From Candidatus Omnitrophota bacterium (GTDB taxonomy: Bacteria > Omnitrophota > Gorgyraeia > Zapsychrales > Zapsychraceae), in NCBI GenBank assembly GCA_021108075.1, contig JAIORP010000206.1, positions 831 through 64,830 of the forward strand: a stretch of 64,000 nt of DNA. The letters run 5' to 3'. The translations under genes and the position numbers were made by a program. How positions within the stretch are numbered: position 1 is the stretch's first letter; each line of letters starts with the position of its first letter. Below the pieces are notes generated by a model. That model was not told the DNA's origin, made no database searches, and saw nothing but the letters and a program-made list of their open reading frames with translations. Positions 51,701-63,700 of this stretch are shown piece by piece.

Positions 51701-54700
51701 CGAATTTAGCAATGATCGGCGCTGGAACACCATTTTCCTTCAAGAATTTCACAAAAGCGACAATGTAACGCGCTTTGCCTTCTGTTTGAACCTTACGGTA
51801 ACTTAATTGCTTAATGCCGAAGATTCCTTTGTCTGTGCGGATCATTGGAACCTTCCATCCTGTGGTCACGGCATTGTAGCCGGTTGCCACGTATTCGACG
51901 CTTTCGATGGTGCCGAGATTGAACTCCTGGGCGATACGATCAATCAAGGCTGTGGTCATGTCATCGGCTTGAGCCTTATCTGTTGCGGCGGTCAATTGGA
52001 TCGCTTCGGTGATCTTCCACTCTTTGCCCTTGTCTGTTGTGGCGGAAATCTTATCGGCGGTAACGCTTAATGCCGGGCGTTGGGCGTCGTAAGCGGCCAG
52101 GCGCTGGATCAGTGTTTCCAGTTGCGCTGGTGTAGCGTCATGGATGTAGGCCACAGTAATATGTTTAACCGGATTGATTTCCGCGGCTGGATTGTTTTCT
52201 AATGCCAATGCCCAGGCTTGATCGCGGATCCAGTCATAGTGATGATCAGCATTGGATAGTTCGACCACAACAGCCATGCCTTCGCCTAAGTGGGCCTTTT
52301 CAACCTTGAACGTTATTGCGCCTGTTCCCTGGACTTTTTGAGCTAATGCTTGAGCGTATGCTTTGACCTGTGACCAGCCAGCGACGATGTTCTTTCCACC
52401 GGTTGTATGGACCCTGGCCGCGTTCGTGTAAACCGCTCTGGCTGTTTTTCTTAATTGATAACGGTTAATGTCTGCGGATAATTCATCTTGATCGTTTAAT
52501 GATTCGGCGATGATTTGTTGAAGATCTTCTATATATTTAACAATGTCTTGTGCCTGATATAAGAATGTTGTTAATCCGCTGTAACGGCCTTCGTCTGTTA
52601 AGTGGGCTTTATTGTTTTGAAGGGCGGCCTGGTATTGTCCGTCTGCGATAACAATCGGCGTTAACAGATCTTTTGTTTCCCAAACTGTTTTCTCATCTGT
52701 CACGGTCTTGGCAAATTCATAAGCTGTTTGCGGTAATCCGGCCAAGAGTTCTTCTCTGCTGATCTTAACCGGTGTGTTTCTCCAGATATGAATGACGGAC
52801 AGGATAACGCTTAAGCGGGCTTGAGGTGCCAGGCTCATCACCAATGAACGGGCCAGGCGGAAGTTGGCTGCTGGAATAGCGGACAGTCCGTGTGACGCGC
52901 CATAAGTTATCCGGATATGACCCAGCTTTGTATAAACAATCAAGCGCATCATTTCCTGGGCGATAAAGCTGATCGCTGCCTCATCCGTGAGGATGGCTGT
53001 ATCCGTCACCGTATGGCTAATGCCATGGATTTGACCCGCGCTGATCATATCGGCAAAGACGGCTTCAAACGTTGCCTTTGATCTGAACTGCTGTAATGGT
53101 GTTTGAATATAAATAACAGCCCGCGCGCCCTTAGCGCTCGTGCTTCGCGCCTGTTCATCCCTTAACATGGAACGATAATTGATCAGGTTGGCTTGCGTGT
53201 TTGATGAGGATTCTTCCAGGACGATGCCTTGATCAGGTGCCGCCATGTCATCTCGGTCACCCATCAAGCGCACGGATTGTTTAACTCGCTGAAGCATCAT
53301 GACGTCTTGAGATCTTTCCAGCAATTGAACAAGGATTTGACGGATGATTTCAGCCTCGCTCACGCGGATGATGTCGCGTGCCGTCACTCCAGCTTGAATG
53401 ACGTCACGTTTCAGTCCGGCCAGGTCTTCTTCTGTTCCAATCACGCGCGTGTCAGAGATGCGGATGGCAAATCTTTGGGCGACAGCCTTCTCTAATAACG
53501 GCATAGTTAAACGGCCATAACCACCCGTGATCACAATACGTCTTCCCACATCCAATCGGAATAGTCTTAACGCTTCCTTAAATGTTTCAATATCGTCATT
53601 ACCTAAAATAACAATATCATCAACGCGTGTTTCTCTCAGGGCTTGAACGCTCAAGTCGCGTCCTGATAATAAAGATCTCAGGGAACGGATAATTTGTCTT
53701 GTATCCGTTATTTTACGAACTGCTGAAACAGGAACGGTTTGAGCGTGTTGGGTTATTAATTCTGCTTTTGCGGCCCGCGCTTTATCTTTCTTCTTAAGCC
53801 ATCCGACGATCATGACCGCACCTGCAATCGCAGTTAAAACACCGCCTAAGAAGAGGATATCCATTAATGTGATCTTAACGCCCGCAATCCAAAGCGCTGT
53901 GAGACCAGCGAAACCGGAGGACTTTACTTTACTGCGGGATCGCATTAATAATCCTTGAACTAATGTTCTGGCTAATTGGAATGGGTGGCGAAGGATATTG
54001 GCCTGTCGGCTCTTAACAGCATTATAGTGATATCTGGAAATTTCTTCGGCTTCAGCCATAAGGAAGTCAGCCGTTGATCGTCTATTAACATGATTTATAA
54101 TTTCAACAGCATATTTCGTTTCAGAATTCAAAAGTATTCGACGTTGATTAATGGTTTTTCTTAAGGCCTTTATTTCAGCGGTGATCTGATCATTAATATC
54201 TTTGATCATCTGTCTTTTCTCTTCTAATGCTTTATCCGCTTCTTCTTTAGCTGCCATTGCGTCCAAATATATTTCAGGTAAAGTTGCCATATCTGCTTTT
54301 TGGGCCGCCGTATTGGATCGAATCTTCAAATTGATGACGTCCAGATTACTGTCAAAAACTTCTTCAGCTGTTTCCAGGGTCTTTTCTAATTTTGCTGTCT
54401 TAGCCCTGCTCTCGTTGACATCCTGCGCAATACGATCAAAAACGGTTTTATCTTGAATCGCTACCGCTCTTTCTTCCGCGTCCATTGTTCTGTTGGCAGA
54501 CATCCTTCGGATTAAGGCCTTGCGGTCTTTATATTTCTCTTTCTGTTCACTGCTGTACATTTCATTAACCATATCAAAGAGTACCAGAGCTGAGGCAACG
54601 GTATCGTTGTTATTCACATCTTGCAGCGCATTAGCCAGATCAGGCTCAATTAAGCCAAAAATGGCTGTTAGTGACAGTTCAACTTCTTCCAATAGTTTCG

Positions 54701-57700
54701 TGTTGAGTTCGTCAATCTGACCTGTTAAGGAAAGAATGATTTGAGATTGTTTTAAGTAGTCCAAGTAATGTCGGGCCGCTTTTCTGGCCTGCTGGGCCTT
54801 TTCAATACTGGCTTTCAAGTTTCTAATATCGCGGCGGATGCTTTCACTTCTATGTCTCAATCGGAACCATTGCGTTCCCAGTCTCTCATAAAGGGCGAAG
54901 CGTTGGATCTGTAAGTCCTCAACTCTCTCAGAAATCATTCTTCTCGCATGAGCTTTATTATACTGATCCATCTCTTTATAAATAAACCGGTTAATACCTT
55001 CTTCAATCGAATCGTAAACGGATTTTAAGGCCTGGCGGGATTTATTCGCTTTTTCTGCCGCATCCAATTCATTTGCCTCGAAAACAACCTTTAAGCGTTC
55101 GTAATAGTCTCGATACCTGTCCTTTAATGCAGCCTTCATACCGTCAGCGAAACCTTTAATGATATAATTTTGTCTTCGGATCAACTCATTCTTTTTAACG
55201 ATGTTAGCCTCGAATCTTGCTTCCGCCCTTGCTTGACCCGCCGGACTCTTCATACCCTTTGCTGCCTTGACATTTTCTTCTTCAATCGCAATTCTTAGCT
55301 CAACCTGATCAATCTCCGCCTGAAGCTGCGCGATATCATAACGCGCTTCGCGGAACAGTTCCCATACACCGTCAAGATTAAATAAGTATTCGACTATTTC
55401 TGTTGTCTTGTCGTGATCCAGATTAAATGCTTTCTGGACGTCTTCTTGATAGGCTTTGCTCAATTCTTTGAATAAGAACTCAATAACATTCGCCCGGCTA
55501 TATTGATTCAATGCGAGTAAAGCCTCCTTTTGGTATTCTGGAAGCCCGTCCATAAACACGACAACAGCTTGTTCTTTTAACCGGCTGACTTCTTCTTCTT
55601 TCGCGCTAACGCGTGCCTTCAAGTGTTGAACGTCTAATTGTAACCATGCCTTGAGTTGCGCGCCCTTTGTTTCGCCTTCAACTTCAACAGATCTTAATTC
55701 TCGCTCCCGCTTTGTCAATAATGTTTTAATCGCCTGCATTTCTTTGTCCCGCTTATACGCCAAAAGAAGGATGCTTTCATCAACAACATCCGCATATACC
55801 TGCGTCCATGTCTTGATAATACCGGCTTTAATTTTCTCTTCCCGTTCCTTTAATACTTGACCAATGAGATCATAAAGATTTAATAAGTGTCGGTCACGGA
55901 CGACTTTAAACATAAAGATAGCCAGGTTATCCTTGGCGACTGCCGGATCAGGATTCTTGTTTCCTAAAAGCTTCAATTTCATTTGCTTCAGGATCTCAGC
56001 ACTCTTATCCTGTTCTGTTTTAAAAGAATCTTTTCTTTCAACGATATCCTTTCTAAGATCTTCAAACATGGTTTTAATGGAATTAATTTTCACTAAGAAG
56101 CGCGCCAGGCGCATTCCTTTAAGATCAAAGCTCCTATCTATTAAACGTTCTGTTGTCCCTGTTCTTGAGTAGGAATGATCCATCGCGTCACGCAATTCAG
56201 ATGGCAATGTCTCGCGCATTTTTTCCGCACTCGTAATGCCGCGATCTATAATTTCTTGAACGGCTCCGGTCAACATGTCCTCAATAATTGCGCGAATATT
56301 TCCTTCACGGACAGACTTGATTTTCTCGAACAAAAATCGTCTTAAGGCTGCTTCATTTTTAAATCGGTACAGGTAACGGATCGATCTGTTTATATCTCTT
56401 AAGCGTGGGTCGGCTAATTGATTCATAAGATCTTGAGCGCCTTCATCCGCGATGGCTTGCATTTTAGTTTCAACATCTTCTAATGCTTTTTCCTCAGGAA
56501 GAGTTTGATAATAAGCGAACAATCGATTCGCTTCCGGTGTGGCTTCTTCTAATAAATCCGCCATGCGTCGGGCGATGTCTTCATCTTTCACGTCATCTTT
56601 TTCCTTTAAGATATCCCGGTATTTTTCCAACGCGTTATATTGGCCGCTTAAATCATCAATGATATCCATGCCATCAGCCATCTTGGCATAAACATTCAAG
56701 TCTCCGCTCACTGTCTTCAGGACAAGGTATTCGGTTAATCGTTTAATCGCTTCATGCTCATCATTATCGGCGATAAATAAAAGCGCGGATTTCATGCCTT
56801 CCGGAATATTCGACCAAACGGCATTAACTAACTTATTGATCTTACGCTGACCGAGGATCGCGACAACTTTATCTGTCGTTATTGGCGCTCTGTCATCCTT
56901 GTCGGTATCATTGTTAACAGCGTTATTGTCATGGCTATTATCATTATCATCTTCGTCCTTGTTTTTGTTCAATACCCTGCGAGCTTGGACCCTTAATGTC
57001 ACGATCGCTTTTTCACTGACAATCGGCTTGTCGAACGAATTATTTTGTGAACTGTATCGGACAATTGTTTCATAAATGTTATCGGATAAGACATCTTCGC
57101 GTTGAGCTTTATAAATATTATGGATCTGCATATAAAGCTCACGGTAAAGAATCCGGTCGATACGGCTGAAGATATATCGATACAGGTCACTGCGTTGGAT
57201 AAATCCTTCATCCATCTCCACGAAGGCGGATTGAACGACACCATTGACATCAATGACATTGTCTTTAACCATCTGAGCGAATGTCAGAGATACTTCATCA
57301 GCCTCCATTCCAAGGACTTCATGAATTTCATCGGCGGTCAGCACAACTTGTGAGACATTCATGATTCTTAAGGCTTGAAGCTGATCAACCGATAACAACT
57401 GCACAATCTCAGACATCCATGGCGTTAATGCCAGATGCAGGGCTGTCTTCGCATTCTTCAGGTTGATATTTATTCTGTCGATTTCAGCGTTAACTTCAAA
57501 TTCTTGTTCTTCATAGATGCGGAGATCTTCTTTCTCTTTTAATAAATTCACGCGTTGTTTTTGCAGGTTGATAACGAGTTGTAAGATCTTGCGTTCCTGG
57601 TCTGATAATAAGACATCCTCCACCTCTTGTTGAGCTGTTAGAATCGCCAATTTTTCTTTTACAGCATCCGGCAAGCTTGCTTCGTAGGCAGCAATCTTAG

Positions 57701-60700
57701 CTTCAAGATCCAATAAGGCCTGTTCGAGATCAAGGACTTTATCCTTTGACGCTTGAATATCTGTCAATTGTTCTTTTAACCTGTTGTGATCCTCTAAAAT
57801 CCTTAAATACTCCTGCCATTCGGTTGAAACATCTGTGCGCATATCGTCTATATGACGTTTCACATTAGCCAGAACTTCTTTCTCTTTCTCAGCATCGTGA
57901 CGCTTAATATCAACAGAAATCTTTTGATCCAAGAGGCGATCGATCACATATTTCATCCAGTCCTTCTCCGCTGTTTCTTCAAGGGCTTTAAGATCATCGT
58001 TTAATAACTTAACTTCCTCTTTTTCATCTTTCGTTTTCGCTTTTAGTGCTTTTTGTGAGTGTTGCGTCTTCAACCAAATCATTTCTTCTCTTTCCGCCCG
58101 TTTGGCCATCGGCGCGTGTGTAGCAACATATTCCTTGGCATCTCTATAGTTCCTTAATAATTCTTCAGCCTCACCGAATGAGATGGAAACTGTTCCTTCG
58201 TGATCCATGACTTTAACGAGGCCGCCATCGCTTAATCGGATGTATTGACCGACACGGCCGCGGGTGATATTGACCTCGCTGTCGGTTTTGGTTTCCTCTC
58301 CTTCGTGATCCATGACTTTAACGAGGCCGCGGGTGATATTGACCTCGCTGCCAGCTTTGGTTTCCTCCGTATGCTTGATGCCTGTGATGTATCCACCGAA
58401 GAATGTGCCGAAGACAATCATGGCGAGGTTGGCCAGGACCATTGATCCGATAAAGACAATACCGCTTAATGGCGAGAAGAGGACTAAGCCCATATTCACC
58501 AGCAACATCAAGAAGAAGTAACGGGTATTGTGCTTGTAATCGATGGTTGCCATACCGACTAAGAAACGCAATGTGAACAGGATGCTGTAAATGCTGAACA
58601 ACAGGATGCCCGCATAGATGTTGAAGTTGATGACCGCGAAGCCAACGATGATAGCCGCGGTAATCATGAAGACGAGGCTAACAAACAATCTGGTATGCAT
58701 CCATGGATATTTCACACGGTTCTTTTGAACTTTCATTCTCAAGGCTAAGCCGGTATAGAAGAGTGAATGACCGAACCAGGATTGGATGTAGCGGTCAAAG
58801 ACTTGCCAGAAGTAATCCAATGTTTGCGCGATTCTTAACGGTAACATGGTGAACACTCGTTTCATGCTGAAGTTAATGATGATATCCCGTTTAACGTTTT
58901 GACCGAAAATCTTCTTGGCTCGGTCAGGATTAACGTTGAAACCGAAAATGTTCTTGATGATGATCACCGCTTTAGCGAAGACATATATGAAGCCTGAAAG
59001 TTTGCCATTGCCTTTTTCGATGTCATCCTTCGTGAACGCGCCGTAAGTATCGTTACCTGTCAACATTGATATCGACGCGGTCAGGTATAAGATCAATGTG
59101 AGGAATCCAATAAAGTCCATAACACCAAAGGCAACCGCTATGCCGAAGATACCGAGAATACCGACAATGCCCGGTAATGGGAAGCCTCCTCTGTTGCGTT
59201 TACCCTTAAAGAATAACGATGTTTCTTTGTAACGCGTGATATTATCCCACATCTGCATCAAAGCGTCCTTATTCGTACGCAAGAACTCAAATTTTTCACC
59301 GGCGGCCAGGATCGTACCAATAGCAAAGTTGGAGATCAACTTAACGTAGAACGGCAGGCCGTAATAGATGTCTTTTAACAATAGTCCGAGGCCGACCCAG
59401 AAGTTACCTTCCTGTCTCCAGTGACGCAAAAGGTTGCTGAAGTTGATGGCCTTCATTAAGAAGATACTGAAGAAGGCAAAGAGCATATAAGGCGCCAAGA
59501 ATGACAGGCCGCTGAAGGCCGTTAATAATGGGAAGGTCACTAATGCTAATAATGCGTTCGGTGACAGGATGTAGTGGAAGTGCATAAACAAGTGAGAAAG
59601 CTTTTGATCGAAGCCGACTTCTTTGTTGTAGAAAACAGCGTGCTGACTGTTATCCATGATCAGGCGGACAACGTTGTAAGCATAACGTGTTTCTGTACCG
59701 ACTAATGATTCAGCTAATAAGTTTGGACGGCCCCATTCAAAACCATACCAATCAATATGCGTTGATACATAACGCGGCTGCGTGCGTTGATGCATCAAGT
59801 ACGCGGCTGAGTCTTCCCCTGGCGGTGTATAAACAGTCGTAAATGTATGGTAGAGTCCAAGACCTTTTCCATAGAACGTTGTATATTCTTTACGGCCACG
59901 TTGAACTTCGCTCGTCCATGATTCAACGGAGATCGCGTATGTCTTGGCACCTTTCCAGGTATCCGTGCTTGCGGCCCAGACGCGCATCATCGGATTGACA
60001 ACAGCAATGTGTGAATTACGCGCCTGTAATGTTGCCCATGCCGGACGCCAGACATTTTGACCAATGGAGGTGCGGACGTGGGCGTCGTAGTTGATCGATT
60101 TATCGAAGAAGAGCCATAAGTTGGTGGCCATACCACCATTCTTATTGTTCATGATCAGAACATCCTGCGTCACGTCATAGAGGGCAAAGCGGACGTCGTT
60201 CTTGTCTAAGGTTACAAGGTATTGCGCAATCTGGTCCGTGTCATCCCATCGCAGTCTGACTTCCTTGGCATCCTTGGTTAATCCGTGTTGTTGCGCGAAC
60301 AGGATAACCTTAATAATTTTTTGTTTACCTGTTAAACGTTCGCCTTCGACCAGAGAATTATGGTCAGACTCCCATTGACGTGCCCATTGCTTAATATCCA
60401 TGCCAGCGTATTTCGCTTTATCAACAGATTCAAATGCTAAAATCTGGTCAATGTAGCGGACGATTTCTTTGGCGGTTGGGTCTGTCTTGAATCGGCTTTC
60501 TTCTCTTAAGGCCACGCGGATCTTGCCTAATACTTTCTTACCGTCTTCGAGCTTACCTAAGTTTTTAATGGTCTTATCAGCCTCAAACGCGTTTGTGCGC
60601 CATATTGGTTCCATGTGAAGAATGTTGCGGACCTTGGAGTTAACAACTGCTTTGTACTCAGGATATTTCTTTATAAAGGTGTCCTGGACTAACTTCACTG

Positions 60701-63700
60701 TGTCTTCTACGTTTCCGATTTCTTGCGCTAATTTTTCATACGCTTCAGCCTGCATTTCCGGTGTTTCTTCGAGGAAGAATTTATAGGCCTCTTCGAGTGA
60801 AACAAACCGGCGGCTGACAATTATGGCCCGTGCGATACGGTTAAATTTATAATCACCCAGTTCTTTGGCGAGCATCAGGAAGTATTCAAACTTGTCGGTT
60901 GACATGGACTCGGCAACCGGACCGTGTGTTGGGCGTTGTTCATTTAAGAATCGTAACGCGATTTCTTCAACCCTTTCTTTTTCTTCGTTCGTGATACCTT
61001 CCGTGAAATAGAAGTCTTCAACAATTTGATCATCTTCTGTCACATTTCTTAATTTATCCAAGAAACCCTGGACATCCGAACTTTTTCTTCGTTCTGCCGT
61101 GAAGACCTCTTCAATTTGTTCCATCGCGTTCGCCCATTCGGTATCTTTATGGCGGTTGGCGTTATAACCGAAGAGTGTTGTCTCTGCACCCGTACCCTTA
61201 TTCTTGTCGAAGATGCCTTTGAACATGGAGTTGAAGACCGTGTTACTAAAAATTTCCCAGGCGGCCTGTGTATGTGACGATGTTGCTTCAATTAAAGCGA
61301 TCACATCCGTTGTTGGTTTTCTCTGGCTGAGGCCGAAGAAGACGTCATAAAGAACTTCCTGGCCCTTGACACTGTGTTGTGGTTTAACGAACTCACCACC
61401 AACTTCATTACGTAATGCTTTAATCCATTTGGCTTTTTCTTCATTTGACAACAGGGATTGTTGATGCATACGTTCGATGGTGCGGACCAGGTATTCCCGG
61501 ACGGTTTCACCGTTTTCAATTAATGGACCATATCGTGTTTCAATTTCATCAAATTCGTCAACCCAATTGCTGTATTGTTTCTTCCAGTAATCCGCGCGCG
61601 TGCGTGGTGACAGGGCGATAATCATGGCACCAACAGCGATCAACGCGCCAAGCGTCATGACTGGAATGCCGGCGATCATGCCGAGGATCGATACAACAAC
61701 TGAACTCAATGTCAGGCCAAGGATCACGTTAATGCCAAGGCTCAATCCTTTCAGGGCTTTAGCTGCTTTGAGGCTTGTCGCTTTCTTAACAAACTCATTT
61801 TCGATGTAATTGGCCACGGCGCCTTGAACCATAAACACAGCCGGAACAATGACGACTAAGAACAACGGTAGGCCGCTGAGCCAGATGAGCGTGGCGAAGA
61901 TGACGGAAACAAATCCGGCTGAAACCTTACGGTTAATATTAAACGGATTGAATGATTGTAAGCCTGTTAATGAGCGGGCGTTCTTGCTCCAGAGATCTTT
62001 GTGCATTTCATAATAACTTTGCATGGCGACGAACAAATGATAGAAAGCGACCAATGTCGGCAATGCGGTTACGAGTATGAGATACGCGGTGATTCCAAAG
62101 CCCCAGGTCAAGCTGATTAAGGCGAGCTTGTTGAACAGAAGGTCAACCATAATACCGCCATAGTAGACCGTCGTCACACCAAAAATTCCGATCCACCAGA
62201 GTTTCTGTGATAACTTCTTGGCTTTACCCATGATCATTGGGACGAGGAAGAACAGCAAGCTGACGCTGACAGACTTAAGCGCTAATGGAATAAATTCGGT
62301 CATGCCTGTGGCTGCCTGGATGCCGACAAAAATAAGGACAAGCGCCGGGAGAATCAAGCCGAAGAATCGGTATGTCCAGCGATGCAAGACTGTGTCTTTG
62401 ATGCCCCAGAACTTCTTCCAGTTAAAGAACAATTTAAGGAGATATGAACCGAATAAGAATCCGATACCTGACTTGACTTTGCTCTTTTCTGCGAGGTCGA
62501 CCACTTCTTCATGATAATGGCGCATCAAGTCGTCTGTGACGTCTTTGAGCTTCGCGTATATCTTTGCTAACTGTTCTGTCTTTTCCGCGTCTAAGGCCTT
62601 GACGATATCATCTTGTTGATGGTTAGAAATGACCTTCTTAAGATCTTCCGTAAACTTCTTACGAAGCTTTGCGTCAGAAATGTGTTCAGCGATATCGCCG
62701 TAAACATAGTCGCGTAACTTGATGATCAATTGACGTTCATCCTGAACTTCGCGTCTGCTGAACGTAAATCCGCCAAAGTTAACCACATCATCGCCTGTGC
62801 CTTCAACCTGTTCGGCCGCTTTCAAGAACAATTCGAGTAAATTCGTCGGTCTGGCTTTCCGTCCGCGTCCTTCTAATTGCATAAACTCGAACAAGTCATA
62901 CTGGCTTTGATCAATCCAGTAATTGGAAATGCGATCTTTCAGCTTGCCTGAATCCCACGCCTTGCGGAACTCTGTACGCGTTCGGAAGCGGAAGCGCTCG
63001 TAAATGTTGGTAAAGCGCATTAACTCGTTATAAGCCTTGATGTATTCTTTAAACTGACCTGGTGTTAATCTGTCCTTTTGATTCTTAGCTAATTCACGTC
63101 GCAATTCTTTAGAGACATATATGATAAACGGTAAGATTAAATTTGTACCGCCGATCGTGACACCGTTTGTTTGAGATTGGTTCATTTCCAACAACTTGAA
63201 GATGACATTTTCTCTTAAGGTGTTAACTTCTCCGCTTGGTTGCATTGGATAAGCGTTGTAGATGATATCATTGTCGAATCCAAGCAAGCCTTCAAGGATA
63301 CGCGGGTTAGCATAAATGCTGCGATGGATGACACCAAATGATGTGTCGAGCAATGATTCGCGGTCAGAATCGACGTCTGTCGTTACATCCTTGAATTCAA
63401 TGCCGATACCTTCAAGAATTTGTTTGTAAACCGGTCTAAAGATTTTTTCTCTGAGCAAGCCCTGGACAAATGGATAGAGGCTTGTATAAGCGACTTTCTC
63501 TGTCTCTGTTTGTGCTTCCTGTGATTCAGCAAATTTTTTCGTTTCTAATTCCGTGCGATATGGTTGATCCGCGGAGATGTCTTTCGTTTTCTCAATGAGT
63601 TCCGATAATGTTGGAATACCCGTAACGTGACCCTTCTGGCTCAATTCAATAATTTTTCTTAAGACAACCACTTGAGGTGTTGGTAATAAATCATCTAATT

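Noticed and set aside
58195-58350. Possible CRISPR mini-array
   Set aside because: There are only two copies of each of two different overlapping repeats, they are in frame within coding sequence, and there is no regular spacer pattern or cas gene.
984-62514. All short ORFs in the supplied track (60-194 aa)
   Set aside because: They are antisense or out-of-frame shadows of the giant ORF and show no recognisable motifs. The longest lie opposite Ala/Thr/Val-rich TM hairpins.
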